A stretch of DNA of 64,000 nt from a virus. The stretch covers positions 64,001-128,000 of the IMG/VR virus record IMGVR_UViG_3300025435_001056. One strand, written 5' to 3'. The stretch's first letter is position 1; each line of letters begins with the position of its first letter. Positions 43,799 to 52,643 of this stretch are shown here, piece by piece. A program made the position numbers and the translations under genes. The notes beneath the pieces are model-generated. The model ran no database searches. It was not told where the DNA came from and worked only from the letters and a program-made list of their open reading frames with translations.

Positions 43799-45025
43799 AT
43801 GCAATCAGTAAGTAATCTTGTCGTAGATAGCACAACAGCGCCACAGTGCGTTCCTCCACAGACCTATGCTCAAAAGGTCAATTCCAAATACAGTAATTCA
43901 GACTCATTCTTTGTAGATCTCAAGAAAAGAATTGACGATACCATAAACGGATTACCACATTTCAAACAGATAGGGTTGCGTGGTAGCCTAAAAAATGCCA
44001 TGGATATTTGGCAAAAAAACTTTTCTCATATTAAACAGTTTTCAGATTTGCAATTGGTCAATTGTCACTATCGACCTCTCAGCGATATATTGATCGATAC
44101 AACCATGCAGAGAAAATTAGATTTATCCTGGGTCATGTATTTGTTGAAAAAGTTTTGTGAAGTGCAGGCAGTACCAATTCAAGTCTATCAAGTAATCAAA
44201 GGTGAAGCTGAACTAAATTACTGTCCTGTAGGCGAAGAGTTATATGCTAGCTGGGATGGTCAACACACCGCTGTGCTATTTTATTTCATTGCTGTTTGGA
44301 TACTGGGTGAAGATCCTACCAAAGTTATGATTCCAGTAAACATTTATCCAGTTAGTAAAAAAAGCGTAATCCGTCAGGTGTTTGTTGGCAATAACAGTAG
44401 CGATGGCAAAAAACTTTTGGAGGAAATCGACCTATTCCAGCAAAAAGTCTATGGTGTCCGCATTGACGAAAACAACAATCCAGACTGGGTGTCTGCCGAG
44501 CTCAAGCAACAGTATCTTGAACAGGCAGATTTATTTGTTACAGCAGAAAAATTTGGAGATACCCAAGAACCCGGAGCTATCAGTCGTATGCAAGAAATAA
44601 ATGGCTATTCTAGCGACATCATTCGTAAGTTTGCCATATACACCACAACCATTCCAGTAGCTCGACCAATTGCCAGTCAGGAAATAGAGATCATGTGTCG
44701 TTTCTTTGATGTTGCCAAGTCCAGTGCAGTAGATTACACTGACGAGGAAATAGTTGATCTAGGACAACATTTGCATGGATTGTTTGACGCTAATTTTCAC
44801 GAAAGTAGTCCGCTTTGGGACAAAGTACGCACAGCCTACAATAACTGGTGGGATGATTTTTATGACGGAATTCCAGAGGACCGTAAACCTACTCGCAGTC
44901 GTGTTAGCAAGAATTGGACCACAGGAGGACCTTTTTTATGGCATCAATTGAAAAAAACTTGGGATGGCCGTTTGCCAAGAATGATCAACAGTCCATTTCA
45001 ACCATTTGCTAAGGATCTGTATTAA
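43799..45025 (+). CDS. ParB/Srx-superfamily (DGQHR/DUF262-like) protein
   Basis: ID.TMQR.L, PI.V, WDGQHT, F...N. Confidence 0.65.
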   Translation: MQSVSNLVVDSTTAPQCVPPQTYAQKVNSKYSNSDSFFVDLKKRIDDTINGLPHFKQIGLRGSLKNAMDIWQKNFSHIKQFSDLQLVNCHYRPLSDILIDTTMQRKLDLSWVMYLLKKFCEVQAVPIQVYQVIKGEAELNYCPVGEELYASWDGQHTAVLFYFIAVWILGEDPTKVMIPVNIYPVSKKSVIRQVFVGNNSSDGKKLLEEIDLFQQKVYGVRIDENNNPDWVSAELKQQYLEQADLFVTAEKFGDTQEPGAISRMQEINGYSSDIIRKFAIYTTTIPVARPIASQEIEIMCRFFDVAKSSAVDYTDEEIVDLGQHLHGLFDANFHESSPLWDKVRTAYNNWWDDFYDGIPEDRKPTRSRVSKNWTTGGPFLWHQLKKTWDGRLPRMINSPFQPFAKDLY

Positions 45026-45026
45026 C

Positions 45027-45590
45027 ATGAAAAATACTCAATCCTTGGTGGAAGGATTTGTCAAACCCAGTAGAGGACGCGGTGTCAAACGCGACGATTT
45101 GGCTTATGAACAGGCCCTAGAAACCACAACTATAGAATTAGAGCGACTATTAGATATCTATCGCACCACTGTATTTGTGGAGGACATGCGAGCCCGATTG
45201 TATCGCGATAGCATTGATCACTGGATTCGTCGTTATCACGGTTATGCAATTGAAGGAAAAATTAAAAGTCATTATCGCGAAATTGGAGTAGACGAAAAAG
45301 ATTCGGTATTTGAACACGTGCTACCGGCTAGTAGTGTGGTAGACATGCTGATACAGGATCGATTGACCATTAATCAAGCTCTGAATACCCCGACCTGTCT
45401 GATCAAAAAATCTAGTGACCTAGTGTTAAAGGACAATGGTCTGACCAAACAGAGCCCAGATAATTGGCGTTTTTTTCGACGTTATTCAGTTTTAAATTCT
45501 AGTTTTGTAACGTATGACGGGAAAGCAATTACCAATATCAATGACTGGACATTGGATAATCACTGGAATTTATTTGGAATAACACTATGA
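45027..45590 (+). CDS. HNH-like (His-Me finger) protein
   Basis: FEHVLP ... PTCLI ... F.RY. Confidence 0.45.
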   Translation: MKNTQSLVEGFVKPSRGRGVKRDDLAYEQALETTTIELERLLDIYRTTVFVEDMRARLYRDSIDHWIRRYHGYAIEGKIKSHYREIGVDEKDSVFEHVLPASSVVDMLIQDRLTINQALNTPTCLIKKSSDLVLKDNGLTKQSPDNWRFFRRYSVLNSSFVTYDGKAITNINDWTLDNHWNLFGITL

Positions 45591-46645
45591 GCTATCTGGA
45601 CGAAATACGAAAAAAGTACGACATACGGGACCATGTAGAGTCCCCAGTAACCATACCCAATTTGCCCAAGGAAGGAATCGTACTGATTGTGGGTACTTCG
45701 GGGTCGGGCAAAAGTACTATACTACGCAACCTAGGTATTGCTAAGTCTCCGGTGGTAAACAATGACCGCACAACCATTGAAAACTTTTCCTCTCCCGAGC
45801 GTGGTGAAGAACTCTTGTTGGCCTCTGGGCTTAGATCAATACCTGCTTGGTTCAGACCTCCTGGCACCTTGAGCAATGGTGAATATCACCGCTTTGAAAT
45901 GGCTCTGTGCCTGGACCAAGGCATTGGTGTGGTCGATGAGTTTACCAGCGTGGTTGATCGAGACACTGCCAAGAGCCTGGCCTACAGCATGCGCAAGTAT
46001 TATGATCAGCGTGGCACTGACCAGCCCTTGTACATAGCATCATGCCACAGAGACATTATTGACTGGTTAGATCCTGATTACATCTACGACACTGACATGC
46101 AGGAATTAACTGCAAGGGGGTCGCTTCATCTTCGATTGGGGCGAAGACCCGAACTCACACTCACCATCAAAAGCACAAGTGTCGACCATTGGCGACATTT
46201 CCGCCGTCATCACTATTTAGATACTGCTATCTCACGAAGTGCTCACTACTATGTCCTACTGCTGGGTGACAAGCCCATCGGCTTTCATGCCGCCATACAC
46301 TCAACCAACAGAGATATTCACTCCTACTGGCGTGGGCATAGAACTGTGATCCTGCCCGAGTTTCAGGGTATGGGCATAGGTACTGCCTTCTCAGATGCCA
46401 TTGCTGAGATCTATGTGAGTCACGGATTTAGATACTTTAGCAAGACAGCACATCCAAGTTTTGGTGAACATCGTCAAAAGAGTCCGCTCTGGCGAGCCAC
46501 CAGTACCAACTTGAAAAGTCGCTTAGGCAGTTACCTGCTGAAAGATGGCACTGCTAGAAAGATGCCCGGCTATGGTGGCACCACTACTGCCAGAGATGCT
46601 GGTCGACTTTGCTACAGCCACGAATACATTGGCAAAAAATCCTAG
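45587..46645 (+). CDS. ABC-type ATPase fused to a GNAT acetyltransferase
   Basis: GTSGSGKST, LSNGE, VVDEFTS, ASCH; R.VILPEFQGMGIG. Confidence 0.88.
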   Translation: MSYLDEIRKKYDIRDHVESPVTIPNLPKEGIVLIVGTSGSGKSTILRNLGIAKSPVVNNDRTTIENFSSPERGEELLLASGLRSIPAWFRPPGTLSNGEYHRFEMALCLDQGIGVVDEFTSVVDRDTAKSLAYSMRKYYDQRGTDQPLYIASCHRDIIDWLDPDYIYDTDMQELTARGSLHLRLGRRPELTLTIKSTSVDHWRHFRRHHYLDTAISRSAHYYVLLLGDKPIGFHAAIHSTNRDIHSYWRGHRTVILPEFQGMGIGTAFSDAIAEIYVSHGFRYFSKTAHPSFGEHRQKSPLWRATSTNLKSRLGSYLLKDGTARKMPGYGGTTTARDAGRLCYSHEYIGKKS

Positions 46646-46673
46646 ACCTCTATAAAAAAATATTCTTTGCAGT

Positions 46674-46726
46674 ATAGATAAAATCTATTAAAATTGTTTG
46701 ACAATAGAGATATATAATTATACAAT
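46674..46726 (+). promoter_or_regulatory. OxyR-like half-site plus sigma70 promoter of ahpC
   Basis: ATAGataaaatCTAT (46674-46688); TTGACA 46698 -17- TACAAT 46721. Confidence 0.6.
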
Positions 46727-46779
46727 AAACTATCAGTACAAACACTGATCCACCAATTTTACTTTGAAAGGAAACAAGC

Positions 46780-47322
46780 ATGAAAACAGTAGGACACAAA
46801 TTAGAAAAGTTTACAGTAACCGGCGTTCGTCCAGGACAGCCAGAGGATGCATTTTTTGACATCACCGACGAGTCATTCGCCGGCAAGTGGAAGGTAATTG
46901 TTTACTATCCAAAAGATTTTACATTCGTATGCCCAACTGAAATTGTTGCATATGACAAATTGAATCAGGACTTTGAGGATCGCGATGCAGTCCTGTTGAC
47001 AGGTTCAACCGACAACGAGTTCTGTAAGGTCAGCTGGCAAAAGAGCCACCCAGACTTGATTAATATCAAGCACACACAGTTTGCTGACACACAGCGTGGC
47101 GAGTTATCATTGATTGAGCAGTTGGGAGTATTCTATGCTCCTGCCGGTGCCGCACTTCGTGCCACATTTATTGTTGATCCAGACAACACAATCCAACACG
47201 TTACAGTCAACAACTTGGATGTGGGTCGTAGCCCAGAAGAAACACTTCGTGTGTTGGATGCGTTACAAACAGGCGAATTGTGTGCTTGTAACCGCACCGT
47301 AGGCGGAGCCACTTTATCGTGA
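46780..47322 (+). CDS. ahpC: Peroxiredoxin (alkyl hydroperoxide reductase C)
   Basis: YYPKDFTFVCPTEI, RATFIVDP, GELCAC. Confidence 0.95.
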   Translation: MKTVGHKLEKFTVTGVRPGQPEDAFFDITDESFAGKWKVIVYYPKDFTFVCPTEIVAYDKLNQDFEDRDAVLLTGSTDNEFCKVSWQKSHPDLINIKHTQFADTQRGELSLIEQLGVFYAPAGAALRATFIVDPDNTIQHVTVNNLDVGRSPEETLRVLDALQTGELCACNRTVGGATLS

Positions 47323-47522
47323 GCGATGATGCTGTACGCAGTCTGGCCAAGGCCGTCAGTTGGCGGGTCACCGGAACCATTGATACTTTCATTATCAGTT
47401 GGATCATAACCGGTGAACCCTTGATTGCCAGTGGGATTGCGTTTACAGAAATCATGACCAAAATAGCATTGTTTTGGGCCCATGAACGGGTCTGGAACCG
47501 AATACAATGGGGAAAGAAATGA
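47319..47522 (+). CDS. DUF2061-like membrane protein
   Basis: RSLAKA.SWR..GT.DT ... HERVW.RI.WG. Confidence 0.8.
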   Translation: MSDDAVRSLAKAVSWRVTGTIDTFIISWIITGEPLIASGIAFTEIMTKIALFWAHERVWNRIQWGKK

Positions 47523-48037
47523 GTTGGATAGATACTATCAAGGAAGCATTACCAGATTATGCCAAAGACATAAAATTAAATCTGGATTCAGTTATTAAAA
47601 GAAGTACCTTAACAGATGAAGTTGCTAATGCGTGTGCGTTAGCCGCGGCGTTTGCTACAGGTAATGGTAAATTAATTACATTTGTTAGCAGTAATTTTAC
47701 AGACGAACAAACTGTTGTTCGTGATGCCGCACTTACAGCGGCAAGTTTAATGGCAATGACAAATAGTTGGTACCCCTATGTTGAAATGGCCGACGATCCT
47801 GCGTTAAAAGGCTTACCTGCTCAACTCAGGATGAACGCTATTGCTAGCCACGGTGGTACAACTAAGGCTAATTTTGAAGCATTTAGTTTGGCCGCAAGCA
47901 TTGTGGGCAAGTGTCATTTCTGTGTCAAGGCACACTACGAAGGTCTCAAAAAGATGGGTTACACAGTAGAACAGTTGCGTGACATTGGTCGTATTGCCGC
48001 GGTAATCAACTCGGTGGCCAAGGTGTTGAATTCGTAA
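47519..48037 (+). CDS. ahpD: Alkyl hydroperoxide reductase D
   Basis: PDYAKDIKLNL, MAM.N.WY, S.VGKCHFCV.AH. Confidence 0.93.
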   Translation: MSWIDTIKEALPDYAKDIKLNLDSVIKRSTLTDEVANACALAAAFATGNGKLITFVSSNFTDEQTVVRDAALTAASLMAMTNSWYPYVEMADDPALKGLPAQLRMNAIASHGGTTKANFEAFSLAASIVGKCHFCVKAHYEGLKKMGYTVEQLRDIGRIAAVINSVAKVLNS

Positions 48038-48069
48038 CACAAATGTAACAATTGGGTCGTAAATACCTT

Positions 48070-48285
48070 ATGGTACTAGAAAAAGATCACGACCGAGTAG
48101 CTCGGTGGAATCACGACAACAATTGTTGGTTCATTCAAGATCGTATTATCTATCGTTGGTGCGATCTACGAGGTCGCAGTGTCACCGATTGGTATGATAA
48201 TCTTTCGGTGGCGTTAGAATACGCTATAAATCGGGCACAAGATAAGGTGAACGCTGGATCCGTAACCAGCACTAAAGAGCCGTAA
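48070..48285 (+). CDS. Small hypothetical protein
   Basis: TAAATA 4 nt before ATG. Confidence 0.5.
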   Translation: MVLEKDHDRVARWNHDNNCWFIQDRIIYRWCDLRGRSVTDWYDNLSVALEYAINRAQDKVNAGSVTSTKEP

Positions 48286-48297
48286 GGCTCTTTTTTT
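48274..48297 (+). terminator. Rho-independent terminator
   Basis: AAAGAGCC-gtaa-GGCTCTTTTTTT. Confidence 0.85.
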
Positions 48298-48364
48298 ATT
48301 ATCATAATTTTTGACTTGCTTTTTGATATATAATATGTTACAATAATATTACAAAGGAGACGCC

Positions 48365-48496
48365 ATGAAGGTTAAAAAATTAATTGCAAAGCTATATCGT
48401 GCTGAGATCGAGCACAACATGGCCCAGGCCAAGAAGTTTTGGTTAAAGCTATTGAAAAAGAGCCTTAAGGGCAAGCACACCGAAGCAGTCAAGTAA
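48365..48496 (+). CDS. 43-aa basic protein
   Basis: AAAGGAG RBS; MKVKKLIAKLYRA...KKFWLKLLKKSLK. Confidence 0.6.
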   Translation: MKVKKLIAKLYRAEIEHNMAQAKKFWLKLLKKSLKGKHTEAVK

Positions 48497-48539
48497 TACA
48501 GTATTTTGATACCTAAAACCAAGGTCGGTAAATATTGGT

Positions 48540-49424
48540 ATGAGTGTAATCATACTGACAAAACTGGATCGTAACGAATACGAATCGACTCGTTTAGTTG
48601 AAAGTTTTGCGGCCAAGGGCATTGAAGCTCGTATGTGCCATCCCGACGACTTTGATATCATTGTGGATCTCGACATACATAAGGGCATCAAGTACAAGGG
48701 CGAAGATCTAGAACTGCCCAAACTGGTCCTGGTGCGGTTGGGTGCCGGCATACTGCCATTCCAACTGGCAGTGGTGCGTCATTTTGAACAGGCTGGGATT
48801 CCTTGTATCAACGGTAGTTTGCCTATAGAAACGGTCAAGGACAAGTTGCGTAGTAGCCAAATCTTAAGTCGATCAGGTATTCCTATTCCCAACACCATGA
48901 TGGTGCGATTACCCATAGACGATGGACTAGTGGAAACAAACATTGGCTTTCCCTGTGTGGTCAAGGTTGTAACCGGTTCGTACGGTGAAGGTGTTTATCT
49001 TTGCGAACGAAAACGCGACTACAAGAAGTTGATGGAGTTTGTGGACAACCTGGGCAACAAAAAAACCATGATAGTGCAGGAATACCTGGGTGAACGACCT
49101 GGTGAAGACCTGCGAGTCTTGGTCATAGGCGGCAAGGTCATAGGTGCCATGCGCCGTACCGCACCCGAAGGTGATTTCCGTGCCAACATCACCAACGGCG
49201 GCACTGGCGAAAACTTTGAAGTCACAGAAGAAATCGACTACATTGCCAGAAAAACAGCTCGATCTCTAAATTTAGACATTGCTGGTGTTGATTTGTTGTT
49301 TGACAAGCGTGGATTCCGTGTGTGTGAAGCCAACTCAAATCCTGGTTTTATTGGCTTTGAAAGATTCTGTGGCGTAGATGTAGCAGATTTAATCACGGAA
49401 TATATCAAGTTCCGCACACAGTAA
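48540..49424 (+). CDS. RimK-family ATP-grasp alpha-L-glutamate ligase
   Basis: DKL, P.VVK...GSYGEGV, QEY, DLRV.VIG, FRANI..GG, GVDLL, EANS.PG. Confidence 0.92.
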   Translation: MSVIILTKLDRNEYESTRLVESFAAKGIEARMCHPDDFDIIVDLDIHKGIKYKGEDLELPKLVLVRLGAGILPFQLAVVRHFEQAGIPCINGSLPIETVKDKLRSSQILSRSGIPIPNTMMVRLPIDDGLVETNIGFPCVVKVVTGSYGEGVYLCERKRDYKKLMEFVDNLGNKKTMIVQEYLGERPGEDLRVLVIGGKVIGAMRRTAPEGDFRANITNGGTGENFEVTEEIDYIARKTARSLNLDIAGVDLLFDKRGFRVCEANSNPGFIGFERFCGVDVADLITEYIKFRTQ

Positions 49425-49430
49425 ATCTAT

Positions 49431-49513
49431 AAACAACATCAATTGACCCCGTTTAAACGGGGTTTTTGTCTATTAACTAAACGGTTGACCCAAAATGATC
49501 AATTTTGTATAAT
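49431..49513 (+). repeat. Terminator plus early-promoter repeat, left copy
   Basis: AAACAACATC..TTGACCCCG..CGGGGTTTTT..GGTTGACC-17-TATAAT. Confidence 0.8.
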
Positions 49514-49538
49514 ACAATATACAATCATCGGAGTCATA

Positions 49539-51263
49539 ATGAGCAATACGGCCATAAAAAATATCTTGATTGATTTAAGGACCGATCCAACCAACACAGC
49601 AGATGTAAATGGCATTGCCATAAACTCACCTGCACAGATTAATCCCTTACTCGATCATCTCAAAACAGCGGGCTACAACACAGTAACCTTCAATGTGGAT
49701 GTGGGTATCGACATGAACACCGGCAAGATCGATCTGAATCCAAGTCCTGGGTTGAACACTTTGCCATCGGCACATCTTTGGCAAGACGTGGCCTACGCTC
49801 ATAGCATTGGACTATCTGTCAATATTTTGACAGTGCCCACAGTGATCTATAATGCCAACGGAACTCCAAATTTTTCAGATACACCGATTTCATCAGCTAC
49901 ACCCTTGGCCGCAGGTGTTAGCATCGATACTGTATTTAAAAATATAGCCAGCTACGAAACTACCTTAGCTACTCTGGCTCAACAAAATCATGCGGAAACT
50001 TTTTATATAGGTAGCAACAATTTTGGATATGATTCTGCAACCTACGCACCCGAGTGGCAACAAGTAATCAATGCAGTTCGATCTGTTTATTCTGGAACCA
50101 TCGCCTATCAGGCCTGTTATGATAATGCAGTATTTGGCATGGTTAATCAAATTGACTATTTGCCAAATCCTGTGGTTTCAACCACACCAATTTATAATTT
50201 GGCCCAGATTGTAGAAGGGTATTATCACACACCGGTATGGACCAACGGGCCCACGTATTTTCAAGAAATTGCCGCAATGGTGCGAGAGTATGGCGCAACG
50301 CCAATTGTATTGGATGCTTTTCAGGCACAGGCTTCGAATACCGGTATAGGAAATCTGACCTATGCATTTTCCACATTGATGGACAACGGATCCAATGCAT
50401 TGACCAGTCTTCCACAACCAAATCATGTTGAACAGGCCCTGGCATATCAAGCATTTTTGTATGTGGCTCAACACTTAATGGCTTCCCAAGTGTCCGGAGT
50501 TGGCATAGACGGCTACATGCCCTGGGCACAGGCTGCATGGTTACAAAATCCTGGAACTAACACCAATGGACAACTTTGGAACTTAATGAATCAACTTGGC
50601 AATAATCTTTGGGGAGATTCCACAGTCGAAGCCGTCATTGCCCAATCTTTTGCAAACAATCCATTGCCCAATTATTTTTTTAGTACTCCAGCGAACGATA
50701 CTGTCACAGGTAATCCCGGAGTAGTTAACACCGAAGTCTTCTATGCCAGTTCAACTGCAAGCACAGTTACCAAGACTTCTACAAGTCTCACAGTCACTAC
50801 ACCAATGGACGGTACAGATACACTTGCCAACATCCAGCGACTTGAATTTAGTGACACCGTGATTGCGTTCGATTCGGCCCCGGGACAGATAGCCGGAGAA
50901 GCCTATCGTTTATACACCGCTGCCCTGGGTCGCACTCCTGATACCGGAGGACTGGGGTTTTGGATCAATGCCTTAGATAAAGGTGAATCATTACATGACG
51001 TGGCTGGCGGTTTTGTAAACAGTCCAGAGTTCCATAACAAATTCTACGGTGATGGCTCCAATGGTGTTTTTGTTACAGCATTGTACAATAATGTGTTGCA
51101 TCGTGCTCCGGATGTGGATGGTTACAATTTTTGGGTTAACAGTCTAAATCACGGTGCTGATCGCGCAGATATATTGGTTGGATTTTCTGAGTCTCCAGAG
51201 AACGTAGCACAAACTGTTGGCCTTGTGGGGCAAGGCATACACTATGATCAATATTTGGGTTGA
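49539..51263 (+). CDS. GH113-like TIM-barrel plus DUF4214 surface-protein domain
   Basis: A.A.S.GL.V, IGS, W..VI.AVR.VY.G.I.Y.A; G.DTL.NI.RL.F.D; YRLY.AALGR.PD.GG..FW; FV..LY.NVL.R.PD..G..FW, FSES.E. Confidence 0.75.
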   Translation: MSNTAIKNILIDLRTDPTNTADVNGIAINSPAQINPLLDHLKTAGYNTVTFNVDVGIDMNTGKIDLNPSPGLNTLPSAHLWQDVAYAHSIGLSVNILTVPTVIYNANGTPNFSDTPISSATPLAAGVSIDTVFKNIASYETTLATLAQQNHAETFYIGSNNFGYDSATYAPEWQQVINAVRSVYSGTIAYQACYDNAVFGMVNQIDYLPNPVVSTTPIYNLAQIVEGYYHTPVWTNGPTYFQEIAAMVREYGATPIVLDAFQAQASNTGIGNLTYAFSTLMDNGSNALTSLPQPNHVEQALAYQAFLYVAQHLMASQVSGVGIDGYMPWAQAAWLQNPGTNTNGQLWNLMNQLGNNLWGDSTVEAVIAQSFANNPLPNYFFSTPANDTVTGNPGVVNTEVFYASSTASTVTKTSTSLTVTTPMDGTDTLANIQRLEFSDTVIAFDSAPGQIAGEAYRLYTAALGRTPDTGGLGFWINALDKGESLHDVAGGFVNSPEFHNKFYGDGSNGVFVTALYNNVLHRAPDVDGYNFWVNSLNHGADRADILVGFSESPENVAQTVGLVGQGIHYDQYLG

Positions 51264-51265
51264 TC

Positions 51266-51359
51266 TGTTGCCAAAAAACAACATCTTTTGACCCCGTAAA
51301 AAGCGGGGTTTTTACGATTTTACCAAAAGGTTGACCAAAAATGCCCAATTTGTTATACT
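51266..51359 (+). repeat. Terminator plus early-promoter repeat, right copy
   Basis: TGTTG-N8-CAACA, TTGACCCCG..CGGGGTTTTT..GGTTGACC-17-TATACT. Confidence 0.8.
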
Positions 51360-51389
51360 ATTATTATAGTGAACATAAAGGAGCAGAAC

Positions 51390-51662
51390 ATGTCAAAACT
51401 TACAGCATACACAGTAGAAATTTATAAAGCAGATCGTCGTGTTACCGCGGGTCGTAGATTGGTTGAGAAGCGTGACTTTGATCCGGTTACCCGTGACTAT
51501 ATCGACACAGTGGTTGAAAAGCTTCAAACCAAAGGTATCACAGTTGAACTACACGAAACCTTTGTGACCAAAAAAAACCTAATGGGCGGTCGAGAGTTTA
51601 CCGAGCGTTACGACACTCCGTATTTTTGCTCGCCTGCAAGTGAATCTTACTGGAGCATGTAA
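51390..51662 (+). CDS. Small early hypothetical protein
   Basis: AAAGGAG RBS; KNLM.G..F.E..DTP..CSP.SE.YWSM. Confidence 0.75.
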   Translation: MSKLTAYTVEIYKADRRVTAGRRLVEKRDFDPVTRDYIDTVVEKLQTKGITVELHETFVTKKNLMGGREFTERYDTPYFCSPASESYWSM

Positions 51663-51667
51663 TTCGA

Positions 51668-51696
51668 TTGACCAAAAATACCCAATTTGTTATAAT
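51668..51696 (+). promoter_or_regulatory. Early promoter
   Basis: TTGACC-17-TATAAT. Confidence 0.8.
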
Positions 51697-51726
51697 ATTA
51701 CATATAGTTAGAAATTAGGAGCAGAT

Positions 51727-51882
51727 ATGACCCGTAAACATTTCGTAGCAATGGCCCAAGAAATTGCCCAAATGCCAGATCGTGAATCAGCTCGTATTGC
51801 AGCCGAGGCCTTTGCGGCAGTGGCCAGAACTGTAAATTCTCGTTTTGATACCGAACGTTTCTTGACCGCGTGTGGAGTTTAA
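51727..51882 (+). CDS. 51-aa early protein
   Basis: AGGAG RBS; MTRKHF..MA..I ... N.RFD..RFL.ACG. Confidence 0.7.
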   Translation: MTRKHFVAMAQEIAQMPDRESARIAAEAFAAVARTVNSRFDTERFLTACGV

Positions 51883-51883
51883 T

Positions 51884-52225
51884 ATGAACTATACTGTAGA
51901 CCAAATTAAAACAATCGTAGCCGAAGCTCGCCACGAAGCATACCTAGCCGCAGACAAGTTCTTTAAGGACAAGCTAGGTGGTCAAGACAAATATTCCTGT
52001 GGCTTTGCCTGGGTAGACATCTTTGGTATCAAAGGCAATACTCGGGTAGGTCGTGCCATGAAAGAAGCCGGCCTTCGCAAGAGCTATACCGGTAGTTACC
52101 AAATTTGGAATCCAGCCAGTTATGCATGTCAGAATATCGACACTCTTGAAGCAGGTGCTGAGGCAGCTGCAAAGGTATTTGAACGATATGGTTTCAAGGC
52201 CTACGCCGGATCGAGGTTAGACTAA
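51884..52225 (+). CDS. Hypothetical phage protein
   Basis: GGAG RBS; CGFAWV, Q..D..EAGA.A.A.V...G. Confidence 0.75.
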   Translation: MNYTVDQIKTIVAEARHEAYLAADKFFKDKLGGQDKYSCGFAWVDIFGIKGNTRVGRAMKEAGLRKSYTGSYQIWNPASYACQNIDTLEAGAEAAAKVFERYGFKAYAGSRLD

Positions 52226-52389
52226 TGACCTTAGATCAAGCCTGTGCTAGAATTGTTGCCTACAGTGTGGTCAACGGTATTGAAAGTCTAACAGCGGTAG
52301 AGCGTATGGTCAAATACTATCGACTCTTATCCACCGAAGATCAACAAGCCGTTACAGTATTCATGGACAAAACAAAGGAGACAGCATGA
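52225..52389 (+). CDS. 54-aa hypothetical protein
   Basis: GAGG RBS, TAATG coupling. Confidence 0.55.
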   Translation: MTLDQACARIVAYSVVNGIESLTAVERMVKYYRLLSTEDQQAVTVFMDKTKETA

Positions 52390-52514
52390 AAGCATTCGTA
52401 TTAGGAACCGTTTTTGGTATTTTGATCTGTACCGTTGGTCTATCCGGAATTGCCAAGATGCTAGACAACGGAGTAGCCAAGGTCCAGGAAGTATCCAAAG
52501 AAGCCGCCAAATAA
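52386..52514 (+). CDS. 42-aa single-TM protein
   Basis: AAAGGAG RBS; MKAFVLGTVFGILICTVG. Confidence 0.6.
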   Translation: MKAFVLGTVFGILICTVGLSGIAKMLDNGVAKVQEVSKEAAK

Positions 52515-52548
52515 GGCTCTTTTGGATAACCAAATATAGCAATTATGG

Positions 52549-52577
52549 TTGACTTCAAACCCGAATTCAAGTATAAT
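52549..52577 (+). promoter_or_regulatory. sigma70-type promoter
   Basis: TTGACT-17-TATAAT. Confidence 0.8.
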
Positions 52578-52643
52578 AGTTATTGTAGTGAGAAGTAAAG
52601 GCAGTTTAAATCAACTTAATAGGCAACTTAGAAAGGCAACACA

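Noticed and set aside
48225-48273. tRNA-like T-arm GCTGG-ATCCGTAA-CCAGC
   Set aside because: No acceptor, D or anticodon arms could be built; only a hairpin before a terminator
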